Of a stretch of DNA of 64,000 bases, positions 1 through 9,098 are shown piece after piece. Within the stretch, counting starts at the first letter, position 1. Each line of letters opens with the position of its first letter. The notes under the pieces are model-generated. The model had not been told where the DNA came from and did not search any database. It saw only the letters and a list, made by a program, of their open reading frames with translations. A program made the position numbers and the translations under genes. Source of the stretch: a virus; IMG/VR virus record IMGVR_UViG_3300044635_002180, positions 52,216 through 116,215 of that record; one strand, given 5' to 3'.

Positions 1-50
1 AATGCTGTTGCATCAACAAGTTGAGGGGCTGTTGTTTTAATTAAAATCAT
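1..50 (-). CDS. 5' end of a gene running off the window edge (MILIKTTAPQLVDATA...)
   Basis: ATG at 50-48 overlaps the TGA stop of the preceding gene (ATGA coupling); frame is open to the window edge. Confidence 0.45.
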   Translation of the reverse strand, partial: MILIKTTAPQLVDATA

Positions 51-1483
51 TTTGTTTGTTCAAATTTATATGTTTTAACTGCTTCAATGATGTTGTAGTA
101 ACTGTTGCCCATGAACACATGAGATACGCTGATGATGAACCATCTGCCTATCAAATTATTATCCACACCTGAACCAGCTACATCAGATTCAGTGGCAATG
201 TCTATAAAATGCCCGCTGCGTCTGTGTGTACTGCCTACAGTTCTAAACACAATGTTGTCACCACCGCTAATTATTAAATCCATGAGCATATTGTTGCGAA
301 CATTGTAGTTATAATCAAGCGGCAATGCATTAGTTATAATTTTAGGCTTTAAAAAACTATAATTCTCAATGTCAGCCAACTCAACTGATGGTTTAATGTT
401 GGGTGATTTATTCTTGAATGGATCCACATACAGTTTACTGTAATCTTTCAACACATTCTTAATGCTACCATCTTCACAATTGAAATAAAAATTTCTATCA
501 CCAGGGAAAAATGTGGCAAGCACATTGTTGGTAATGCTGCGAGTAAATTCATTGCCATTGAGTGGTGAAAGTTTATGTTCAAGAATATTACTCATTGTTC
601 GCAGCCTTGTGCCAAGAGTATTGTCTGATGTATTTTCTTTTGCACCAGCACCGCTGCCTACAATGAATGTTTCAAGAACATATTCCTCAGGATTTGTCTT
701 TTGCAATTCAAACAATTTTGCAAACGAAATGTTCTTAAACTTATTGATGGAATAATCATAATAGAACAGGCACGGGTCTCTATCTTTTTCTGATTGATGC
801 AAAGAGTTTACATACATCATGCTTTGAAATGCATTGGATGTGCTTCTGCTGTACCACATGATTTTTGTAGCACCCAAATCAAAATTAGCTACATCAATTA
901 TTTTTTCTTGTTCGCCTTCATCTATACCATAAGTTCGCAAAATAATATCCTTGAGCAATTCACCCGTTAAGATAGAACGCTCTGAGTTGTTCATATCACG
1001 CAAAGCTACATCAGGATTTTTCTTTTGTGCAACTTGTGCAGATGAAAAGAGATCTGAATTTTCAATTGCCATTTGATGCTTGATGTCCCTAAAGTTCATT
1101 ATGTTGATATTAGAAGCATTATCATCACTATCTTGCAGCTCATTGATGCAAAAAACATAAGTCAGCCCAAAAGCTTTTCTCAATTCATCATTATTATAAT
1201 CATTTTTTAAATTGCCAGATACATTGGGCATGATATCTACAGCCAAATAATCTCTATTGTTGCCAGCAAAATTTAATGCTCTTTGTTTATCAACATCAGC
1301 TTGCAATATGTCTCTTGTGTTGTTGATGATGATGGAGCCAGATATAAACGGAATGAATACATTGTCAGTTATGGTGAGATTGCTGATGGTATCGGCAGTA
1401 AGCAATCTCTTGTTCTTTGTTGTTGCATCTCCAATGAAAACATTGTAAGAAAAGAATCTGTTGTCAAATTTTTCAATGTTCAT
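47..1483 (-). CDS. putative baseplate hub / tail protein (T4 gp27-like)
   Basis: 478 aa; N-terminal 'LTITDNVFIPFISGSIII' and C-terminal 'GRWFIISVSHVF..YYNIIEAVK' are typical of hub proteins; baseplate synteny. Confidence 0.6.
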   Translation of the reverse strand: MNIEKFDNRFFSYNVFIGDATTKNKRLLTADTISNLTITDNVFIPFISGSIIINNTRDILQADVDKQRALNFAGNNRDYLAVDIMPNVSGNLKNDYNNDELRKAFGLTYVFCINELQDSDDNASNINIMNFRDIKHQMAIENSDLFSSAQVAQKKNPDVALRDMNNSERSILTGELLKDIILRTYGIDEGEQEKIIDVANFDLGATKIMWYSRSTSNAFQSMMYVNSLHQSEKDRDPCLFYYDYSINKFKNISFAKLFELQKTNPEEYVLETFIVGSGAGAKENTSDNTLGTRLRTMSNILEHKLSPLNGNEFTRSITNNVLATFFPGDRNFYFNCEDGSIKNVLKDYSKLYVDPFKNKSPNIKPSVELADIENYSFLKPKIITNALPLDYNYNVRNNMLMDLIISGGDNIVFRTVGSTHRRSGHFIDIATESDVAGSGVDNNLIGRWFIISVSHVFMGNSYYNIIEAVKTYKFEQTK

Positions 1484-1863
1484 ACTTGTTTGATTGCTTG
1501 TAGAATTGTTTGCAGATATTCACGACGAGGCACTACAAACACTGAGCCTGCTGCTGGAATATTTATTGGATCGAGATTGTTCATGATGGCAATCAACCAC
1601 CACAAGTGCATAGTATTGTATAACCTGTAACTGATTGCTGTCAGTGGCATGTTGCTGTCAATAAAAACATACTCAACATATTGTTCATCTATGTTGGTTA
1701 AATCAACAACGACTTTGTTGCTAATGTTGTAATAGTAATAGTTGCTTGCATCCTGCGTTTGGTATACATTCAAGATATTTTCGTAATACTCACCTGCAAT
1801 TGGCGGTATATCATTTATATTTACTGGTTTTTGTGGAACTTGCATATTAAAAGGATATACCAC
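1480..1863 (-). CDS. baseplate wedge subunit, T4 gp53-like (LysM-like)
   Basis: motif 'LTAISYRLYNTMHLWWLIAIMNNLDP'. Confidence 0.75.
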   Translation of the reverse strand: MVYPFNMQVPQKPVNINDIPPIAGEYYENILNVYQTQDASNYYYYNISNKVVVDLTNIDEQYVEYVFIDSNMPLTAISYRLYNTMHLWWLIAIMNNLDPINIPAAGSVFVVPRREYLQTILQAIKQV

Positions 1864-2989
1864 CTGTATTTGATTGTTTCCACATCTCTAGCAGCATATT
1901 GCTGTTATTAACATTGAGTGATCCAAATGTAATTGATACATCATAAGCATCTGGCATGATTGCTGGTATAGAGGCATTGAGCCCCTTAATGGAAGTTTGT
2001 GGCATGTTTATATTTACATGCCTTCTATTGCCTATGAATTTAATATTCAATGATTCAAGATATCCATATTGTATATAGCAAACACCTGGCACATTAACAG
2101 TGTACATTTTTGGCATCTCAAGCAATGACTTGGTTACTCGTTGCGGGGTGTTTTGAAAAATTAACAACCAAAGAAATTGATAATTTGCACATGCTTGCTC
2201 AAATGTTTGTGTATTAAACAATGGAAAATTAAATGTTACAGATGGGCTGTTGGAATGTGCTGGATCAAACATTCTAGGTTTTTCAATGTATTGACCTGGT
2301 GCGGAAATTTTAGCAAAACCTGCAACTGTATCTTGCATTTGATTTATGCTATTTGATAGAGGATATGAAAGATCAGGCCAAGCATTTGTAATGCTGCTGA
2401 AAGCTTGATCATCTAAATACGGAAGCAAATATTTAAACTTAGTAGGTGCAAGTGAATATAAATTTTTGTAAGGCTGCATCCATAACGAACCAGGGAAGTC
2501 ATATTTAGCATTAATATCTGCTGCTTCTCGTGCACCACTATTGATTGCATTTTGAGTATCTTTTGCTAATTGAGTAGCTCCAGCTAAGCCATCTGATATA
2601 GCTCCAAGTCCTGCTTTTTTAGCTATGGTGGTTAGAAGATTAACAGAAGATTCACCTGCAGCCACTGCAGCTTCAGATGCATAGAGCAGTGCTGCAATAA
2701 CAGATGTATCCTCAACTCTATATTCTGAAATATCTCCGCGGGGAACTAATTTTTTGTTGAATCCAGCATATGCTACTGGTGTAGTAGTCCAGTCAAAATC
2801 ATCGCAAACATTTATATAACTACTTGCACCACTATTTCTAGCCAATGGTCTTGCAGCAACTGTATTGCCATTTGATAATGTTTGAGTGCGCAAAGCAGAA
2901 GAACCACCTGCGGGCATAGCCTTTACATACGGATATGGAGTGTTTCCAAATTTTTCCTGATCAGTAAGGTTGAATAATGATTGCGCCAT
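1847..2989 (-). CDS. putative baseplate tail-tube cap (gp48-like)
   Basis: 380 aa; 'SVTFNFPLFN...YLESLNIKF...DAYDVSITF' tube-like fold; synteny; TAAATA-N5-ATG start. Confidence 0.5.
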   Translation of the reverse strand: MAQSLFNLTDQEKFGNTPYPYVKAMPAGGSSALRTQTLSNGNTVAARPLARNSGASSYINVCDDFDWTTTPVAYAGFNKKLVPRGDISEYRVEDTSVIAALLYASEAAVAAGESSVNLLTTIAKKAGLGAISDGLAGATQLAKDTQNAINSGAREAADINAKYDFPGSLWMQPYKNLYSLAPTKFKYLLPYLDDQAFSSITNAWPDLSYPLSNSINQMQDTVAGFAKISAPGQYIEKPRMFDPAHSNSPSVTFNFPLFNTQTFEQACANYQFLWLLIFQNTPQRVTKSLLEMPKMYTVNVPGVCYIQYGYLESLNIKFIGNRRHVNINMPQTSIKGLNASIPAIMPDAYDVSITFGSLNVNNSNMLLEMWKQSNTGGISF

Positions 2990-3021
2990 GCATATATTTA
3001 TGTATGTAATGCAAAATCATC

Positions 3022-4920
3022 TCATGCATAACCAGCTGCTAACATTTGCTGTCTTACCTGCGTAGCAGTGTATTGCAAAGGAAATACATTATAATCTGTT
3101 GCTTGCATGTCTTTAGTTTGTTTTTGTGCAGCAGAAGAACTAAATCCAATTGAATTTACTGTTTTTTCTATTCTCAGCAATATGTCGTTTGTAATGGTTA
3201 TGGCTCTAATTTGTGCATCTGCTTTAGAATCTTGTGTCTTTTTTAAAGCTTCAAACAGACCTTTTAAGCCTTCATTATTCAATTGTGTAGCAGCTGCAAC
3301 ATTTGTTTTGTCATTAACCTTTAAATTAGGCGCTGTTTCAGCATCAGCAGCATTTGATGCTTGAGTTTCTTCAGTTGTTGAAAAGTAACCTTCAACTGAG
3401 TTCCACATTGATTTGGCCCATTCAACTGGTTTGGATACAATTTTCTTAACAAAAGATTTCATTGCTTCAATTTTAGTTGCAAGTGCGTTTTTGATGGTGC
3501 CGATAAAGTCAAACTTCTCAATTTCAAATTTCTCTGTTGTAATTGGTGTTGCAGCTTCTTGTTCTCCAGAGGTTATTAATGATGTTACCCATTCATACAC
3601 AGATGCAGCAGCATCAAATACAGCCCCTGCAGGTGATAATATGCCTTTGCCAATTAATTTGAGACCATCAACATAGTTTCCATTCTTGATCATTCCAATG
3701 CCATCAATGATGTCATGCACACCTTTGAACAAAGGCATTTTTTTAATTTTCTCCCAAATGCTTGAAAATTTTTCGCCAATATTATCAAAGAAATTAGCAA
3801 GCCCTAAACTTTTATTTTGAGCAGCTTTGTCTTTTTCTGTGTATGTAAAATCTCTGTACAGACTATAGAAGTCAGCAATTATGCCAAACCCTGGTATTGC
3901 ACCAGCTAATTCCAACAAAGTGCCAAGGTAATCGCCCTCCTTAAATTTTTCATATGCAAAATATAAATTTATTATGTCACCCAATCCAGGTACAAGTTTA
4001 AAAAGCTTTAGACCTTTTTTGAGTATATCACCAAACATGCCTCCTAGACTCTTCAAAAAAGTCTTTATAGCATCTGTTCCAGGTATGCTTTTAATTAGAT
4101 CTTTGCCCATATCAAAAACACCAGATAGACTTTTGAAAATTTTATCCTTTGCCTCCACCAATCCTTTTTTAATTGAATCAGGGAGAAGATCAAAAAGCGT
4201 TTCTGGCAATTTAAGAACTGTATCACCCATTGATTTAAGAGCTTTAAAACCTTTGTCAAAAACAAACGATATTAATGATGTTATTTTGCCCAATGTCTTT
4301 TTAACCATTTTTTCACCAAGCTTAACAGCTAATTTTCCTATTTGAGACAGTCCACTTCCTATGTCACTGCCAAAAGCCAGCAAACCTCCACCAAGCAACA
4401 GACCAAGTCCACTTAGCAGAGATGCCCAATCAAATGATTGCTTGTTATCTGCTTTTTTGTTGGAAAAGACATCAACCAAGTCTTTGATAACATCTTTGTC
4501 AATGCCTGCAATATAAACCTTCTTAGCATCATCCCTCTGAGTTAGCCTGTTGATATCTTCTTGTTCTGCTTGTTGTTTTTGTGCTTCTGCAGTCTCGTCT
4601 GAAGATTTTGTCAATACATCAAGCTTATCAAACATTTTTGTGCTTGCATCTTTTTGCTCTTTGCGTTCTTTTTCTTTATCAGATTTAAAAGCATCATTGA
4701 ATTTCTTGATTAAGTTGTCAATGCTCTTGTTGTCTAGTGAAACAATTTCACCTTGTCCTTTGGATTTGTTGTCATTGTCTTGCTGATCATCCCGGCTTAT
4801 GATGCTTGGTGCAGCTTCGTTAACAGCATTTTTTGACTGCTTGACATTGCTAATGTTACGCAGCTCATCTACAACTTCTTTTAGTTGCTTGATAAAATTA
4901 TCCAAAAATACTTGTTCCAC
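3022..4920 (-). CDS. putative tape-measure / gp29-like baseplate hub protein
   Basis: 632 aa; long helical and amphipathic stretches, Gly-rich hydrophobic segment 'LLSGLGLLLGGGLLAFG', 'LVPGLGDIINLYFAYEKF' repeats. Confidence 0.55.
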   Translation of the reverse strand: MEQVFLDNFIKQLKEVVDELRNISNVKQSKNAVNEAAPSIISRDDQQDNDNKSKGQGEIVSLDNKSIDNLIKKFNDAFKSDKEKERKEQKDASTKMFDKLDVLTKSSDETAEAQKQQAEQEDINRLTQRDDAKKVYIAGIDKDVIKDLVDVFSNKKADNKQSFDWASLLSGLGLLLGGGLLAFGSDIGSGLSQIGKLAVKLGEKMVKKTLGKITSLISFVFDKGFKALKSMGDTVLKLPETLFDLLPDSIKKGLVEAKDKIFKSLSGVFDMGKDLIKSIPGTDAIKTFLKSLGGMFGDILKKGLKLFKLVPGLGDIINLYFAYEKFKEGDYLGTLLELAGAIPGFGIIADFYSLYRDFTYTEKDKAAQNKSLGLANFFDNIGEKFSSIWEKIKKMPLFKGVHDIIDGIGMIKNGNYVDGLKLIGKGILSPAGAVFDAAASVYEWVTSLITSGEQEAATPITTEKFEIEKFDFIGTIKNALATKIEAMKSFVKKIVSKPVEWAKSMWNSVEGYFSTTEETQASNAADAETAPNLKVNDKTNVAAATQLNNEGLKGLFEALKKTQDSKADAQIRAITITNDILLRIEKTVNSIGFSSSAAQKQTKDMQATDYNVFPLQYTATQVRQQMLAAGYA

Positions 4921-4945
4921 TCATGTATTTATGGTTTATAAACTG

Positions 4946-5656
4946 TTAGAATAGTGGAGTCTGTATATCAAGATTTTTGCCGTTAAATGCTTGTTCAATT
5001 ACATCTTTTGCTTTTGTAATAAACTTTGCAACAGCATTATTGACTGATGCAGGCATTTGTTCTGCAATCTTTACATAAGAGCCAATGTCAGCAACATCAT
5101 CAAAACACACACTTTCATTTCGGATAGTTAATTTTTTAATGTGTTTAACAATTTCCAATACAAAGTAATCAGATGCAAGCTCTGAAGCACTGCGTGATGC
5201 ATTTTTGTTGCTGTTGATGAACCAATTGTTTATATCAGAATCGCGTTGCAGATCAGGCAGCTGCATCTCTACCATTATAGCTTCACCAAATGTTGCTGTA
5301 GCTTGTTGCAACTTTTCAACATCAATTGTTTTAGCGAAGGCATTTATTTCTTGAATTTGCTCTTTTGTTTCTTCTTCCTCTGCTTTAAGATTCAACAATA
5401 TAAACTCCCGATCAAATGTTGATACATCATTGCTGCTATCATCACAGCAGTTGTCTGTAATGATGCTGTTGAGTGCATTTATAATGCGAATATTATCCAA
5501 AGGGTTGTTGTTGATGTTGCCAATGATTTTTTTCTGCTGGAGCACACTAATGGGTCTGAATTTTTTTGTTTTCTTGGCCATTGGAACGTAGATATCAACA
5601 ATGGATTCATTGTTGATTGCTTCAAGATCTTTAAAAATTGCATCAAACTTATTCAT
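4946..5656 (-). CDS. baseplate hub assembly protein (gp26-like)
   Basis: 'KKFRPISVLQQKKII...STFDREFILLNLKA' matches the gp26 'FRP..VKE.K..L / FD.E..FL.LR' pattern. Confidence 0.6.
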   Translation of the reverse strand: MNKFDAIFKDLEAINNESIVDIYVPMAKKTKKFRPISVLQQKKIIGNINNNPLDNIRIINALNSIITDNCCDDSSNDVSTFDREFILLNLKAEEEETKEQIQEINAFAKTIDVEKLQQATATFGEAIMVEMQLPDLQRDSDINNWFINSNKNASRSASELASDYFVLEIVKHIKKLTIRNESVCFDDVADIGSYVKIAEQMPASVNNAVAKFITKAKDVIEQAFNGKNLDIQTPLF

Positions 5657-6503
5657 GTGTATTAAGCATACTTAGTGCATTGTTGCTGTTTTTCAATGCT
5701 TCGTTTTGTTGTGCTTGCTCCTCATTATAAAATGACATGAAGAGTTTAGCATCTGCTGGAGTTAAATTATTATAATCACTGCATGATAGATGCAGCTTTG
5801 TTAAGCAAAAGTATTTTTGTCTAAAGTAATTGAACAAATCTTCTCTAAAAATAATTTTTAATATTTCAAATATGCTTGAGTTAAAGGGGTTTATGCTGAT
5901 GGCATCAAATCCTAATGAAGTTACTTGTGGTATGAAATTTATTTTAGCATATTTTTGCTGCTCTCTACCAATATAATCAGCAAGTTTACGCAAAATATTG
6001 GCATTCACAATGTTTAACAATTTATCCTTTTGTTGAGCATTGAGATCATTGAGTAACAGCCCATTTATGCCATACAGTGAATTAATGAGTGCATTATCTG
6101 CATTTAAATGCAGCTTTGTTGGTGCATTGAACTCAAAACAAATGTTGTCAATTGTTATTGTTTGTTTTTCCACATCAACTTGATTGAGTTGATCAATTAT
6201 GCTTTCCAAATCAATGTTTATAGCAGAATTTTCTGCATTTACTAGTTTTAGTGTGCTGCTGTAACTTATGCTCTTTATTTTGCACAGTATTGCGAACTTA
6301 TCTATAATTGTCAAGTGGTTGCTTGCTAAATTTTCATTAAAGATGCAGCATTTTTGTATAATGTAATCAAAATACTTTTCTATCTCCTCATTGTTATCTT
6401 CCAACAAGAATTTTTGCAAGTTTTCATGCAATTCATTGGTGATGCTCTTTACAGAAATGATTGTTTTGCAACTTGGCAATGTTATTTTTGATGTAAATGT
6501 CAT
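5649..6503 (-). CDS. baseplate hub assembly protein (gp26/gp51-like paralogue)
   Basis: 'ITLPS...LTIIDKFAILCKIKSISYS'; gp51-like C-terminus 'FNYFRQKYFCLTKLHLS...NLTPADAKLF'. Confidence 0.55.
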   Translation of the reverse strand: MTFTSKITLPSCKTIISVKSITNELHENLQKFLLEDNNEEIEKYFDYIIQKCCIFNENLASNHLTIIDKFAILCKIKSISYSSTLKLVNAENSAINIDLESIIDQLNQVDVEKQTITIDNICFEFNAPTKLHLNADNALINSLYGINGLLLNDLNAQQKDKLLNIVNANILRKLADYIGREQQKYAKINFIPQVTSLGFDAISINPFNSSIFEILKIIFREDLFNYFRQKYFCLTKLHLSCSDYNNLTPADAKLFMSFYNEEQAQQNEALKNSNNALSMLNTHE

Positions 6504-7195
6504 GTATTATTAACATTTACACTATAATTATCAAAACACCACGTGACAGATCGCATTTCAGGTGTTCCTTGATCTTCATTATACGAATATTTTTTGCCAT
6601 CCACACCAAATGGTGCGCAGTTGTAAAAATTATACACCTTTCTAATGGGCCTAAAAGCATTGTTGTCATAAGGTGCAACAGGGGTGTGCTTTTGTCGACC
6701 AAAAGATATCAATTGTATTCTAGGAACTCGTACACGCTCATTTGCATTTTGATAAGCAAAATATCCATTGTAGCTGCTAACAATTACCCAAGGACGAATT
6801 ACAAAATCAACAAAATCAGAATTTGTTTCACGAAAAGTTGTGGCAATGCTCTTGCCTGCAAATGCATCACGTGCTCCAGCAACACCAGGCTTTGTAAAGC
6901 CACCAAAATTATAGTTTCCAGCTGGAGATATATTGTATCTATCATCTGGAAGTGTTACTGAATCTACAAAAAAACATCCAACCTCAGACGTGCTCTGCAA
7001 CTGTTGCTTGGTTAAATCATCATAAGCATCAGAAACCAACCAATCATTTGTTCTTATAGCTTCAAGCTGAGCTATTTGCTGCTTTACAGTTTGAGGAAAG
7101 CCATGTATAATTAATACCCACTGTGAATTGAGTGCTAAATTATACTCGTAACGCTCGAGTAAAGTAAGATAAGATTCTCTAGGTGATTGTGCCAC
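6500..7195 (-). CDS. tail-tube-like baseplate protein (gp54-like tube initiator)
   Basis: 'DSVTLP...TTFRET...YNFYNCAP...VTWCF' tube fold; directly downstream of the tail tube gene. Confidence 0.55.
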   Translation of the reverse strand: MAQSPRESYLTLLERYEYNLALNSQWVLIIHGFPQTVKQQIAQLEAIRTNDWLVSDAYDDLTKQQLQSTSEVGCFFVDSVTLPDDRYNISPAGNYNFGGFTKPGVAGARDAFAGKSIATTFRETNSDFVDFVIRPWVIVSSYNGYFAYQNANERVRVPRIQLISFGRQKHTPVAPYDNNAFRPIRKVYNFYNCAPFGVDGKKYSYNEDQGTPEMRSVTWCFDNYSVNVNNT

Positions 7196-7206
7196 CTAAT
7201 TATTTA

Positions 7207-7755
7207 TTATGCTGGTGCGTTCTCTTCAAAGAAGTGATAAGATATAGTCGCATCAAAGAATACTGGCTGACCTGTACCTTCTGCCATGTTGTATTGAATT
7301 TGACCCACTTGGCGAATACCTGTACCAACTAATTTAAATGTTGATATTGGCTCAAGAGCTTTGTTGAGCTGCACCAATGTAATGGTGTTGGCACGAGAAG
7401 CAATGTTGTAATCACCTGTGCTTGTTGCATCATCAAAAACGCGACGAGATTCAGCTAAAAACTTATTTCTAAGTTGGGAATCTGCATCACAATAAAAATT
7501 GAGCGTATAACCTTCAGCACCAGGGTATGTTGCTACACCTGCAATGTTGAACGGCAAACCCATGAATTTAGTCTGCACATTGGTAATGCCACGTGCAGGT
7601 AGTGTTGCTGTTCTTGCGTAAATTAATTCACTTTCATCAAAAATAGCGCCACCAGCAAATGTAATGTTGATCACACGAAAGAGGAAGTCGCGTGAAAATT
7701 CTCTTGCAAGTGCGCGATCATAAAAATTACCAATGGTTTGATTAGTCTGTGCCAT
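7207..7755 (-). CDS. gp19: tail tube protein
   Basis: 182 aa; 'RTATLPARGI...FMG...AG...YTLNFYCD...GQIQYN..FDATISY' gp19 pattern. Confidence 0.8.
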   Translation of the reverse strand: MAQTNQTIGNFYDRALAREFSRDFLFRVINITFAGGAIFDESELIYARTATLPARGITNVQTKFMGLPFNIAGVATYPGAEGYTLNFYCDADSQLRNKFLAESRRVFDDATSTGDYNIASRANTITLVQLNKALEPISTFKLVGTGIRQVGQIQYNMAEGTGQPVFFDATISYHFFEENAPA

Positions 7756-7791
7756 GCATTTATTTATTCATCACCGATGCAAATAGTTGAT

Positions 7792-8646
7792 TTATTTTGT
7801 TGCTTGCTTAGCAATATTTTGGGCATTGCGATACATTCTCATGGCAACGCCCTTGTCTTGTGCTTTGGGTTTGCTGGCTGCAATGTAATCATCATTGTCA
7901 AGATATTCCTTTGCTGCTTGCTTGTAAAGACCTTTGTTAATCAATTCAATTGTTTTTGGTGAGCCAGACAAATCACCTCTAAAAATACCATTGAGAATAG
8001 TAATTTTAAAATCATCACTGTATTCTTTAAACTTAGGAAATAAACGCTGAGCTATTTGCACTTTGCTGTTGATATCTACATCAAGCAAGTCATTTATTTC
8101 TTTGTCTGACAATGTTTTGCCTTTATACTTTTTTAATTCGCTTTTTGATTTAATCAAATGCCCATATCCAATGGTCCATTTGCCTTTGGTATCTTTGTAT
8201 AGTCGTGATTTTTTTCCTTCATCTTGTTTGAGCATTTGTCTTGCTTTGTTGTAAAACTCCTGACTCAATTGTTTGTTGGCTGCATTAGGAACCTGTTGTT
8301 TTTTTGCAGCTGCATCAGCATAGGATTGTTTTTCTTTTGCTGTGGGTGGCTTCGGCCTATAGTTTTTCCAAGCAGCATTAATTTTAGATGCAATGTTTTG
8401 CACCTTTGGAGCATTTTGTTGCTGCACAGCACTGTTCTCAATTTGCTCCACCTGTTCAGGCGTTTTTTGCTGTAGGATCTGCTCAACTTTTTGTTTAATT
8501 TCATTCAATTTGGGTACAATGTAACCTACATCAACGATGCCAAGCATTAATGCAGTAGCAATCAAAGCTTTTGGCGAATTAATGATGTTTTTTATTGATT
8601 CACTTACAAGTTGTTGTGAGCATGCTTCATTGAATGGGGACTTCAT
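7792..8646 (-). CDS. GH24 (T4-type) lysozyme with N-terminal hydrophobic segment and linker
   Basis: catalytic E-x8-D-x5-T triad in 'QDEGKKSRLYKDTKGKWTIGYGHLI'. Confidence 0.85.
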   Translation of the reverse strand: MKSPFNEACSQQLVSESIKNIINSPKALIATALMLGIVDVGYIVPKLNEIKQKVEQILQQKTPEQVEQIENSAVQQQNAPKVQNIASKINAAWKNYRPKPPTAKEKQSYADAAAKKQQVPNAANKQLSQEFYNKARQMLKQDEGKKSRLYKDTKGKWTIGYGHLIKSKSELKKYKGKTLSDKEINDLLDVDINSKVQIAQRLFPKFKEYSDDFKITILNGIFRGDLSGSPKTIELINKGLYKQAAKEYLDNDDYIAASKPKAQDKGVAMRMYRNAQNIAKQATK

Positions 8647-8654
8647 CTTGTTAT

Positions 8655-9098
8655 TTATGGCAAATGCTTTTCAGTGATGATGAGAAACTCATAACCAATG
8701 CTTTGTGCATACTTTTTTGCAGCTTCCCACTTGCTATTGTTGATGAGCCACGTTGCATTCTCATACAAAATGGTTGATTCCTTTTTGTTGCCATGCTTTG
8801 AAGGTGGTTTTGTTTGACATTCTGGCTTTATTTCAACCAAATATTTTTTTATTGCATCACCTTCTTTAATTACAACAACATTGTCAATGAAATACCTGTG
8901 CATTTTGCGATCAATGGGGCTCATGTATGGAACAACAACAGACTCACTACTCCATTTGAGTACATTGGGATTTTTATCACACCACCTCATGAATCGCAAC
9001 TCCATGCCTGATCTATAAAAAGGCATGCCATTGCCAATGTACTTTTGTGCATTAACAGGTTTGTAGAAATTTTGCTTGTATTGTTGCTTGGCTTTCAT
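8655..9098 (-). CDS. gp4: head completion nuclease (T4 gp4 / TnsA-like)
   Basis: 'YRSGMELRFMRWCDKNPNVLKWSSE..VPY...HRYFID...LVEIKP..QT...KWEAA...ITEKHL'. Confidence 0.9.
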   Translation of the reverse strand: MKAKQQYKQNFYKPVNAQKYIGNGMPFYRSGMELRFMRWCDKNPNVLKWSSESVVVPYMSPIDRKMHRYFIDNVVVIKEGDAIKKYLVEIKPECQTKPPSKHGNKKESTILYENATWLINNSKWEAAKKYAQSIGYEFLIITEKHLP

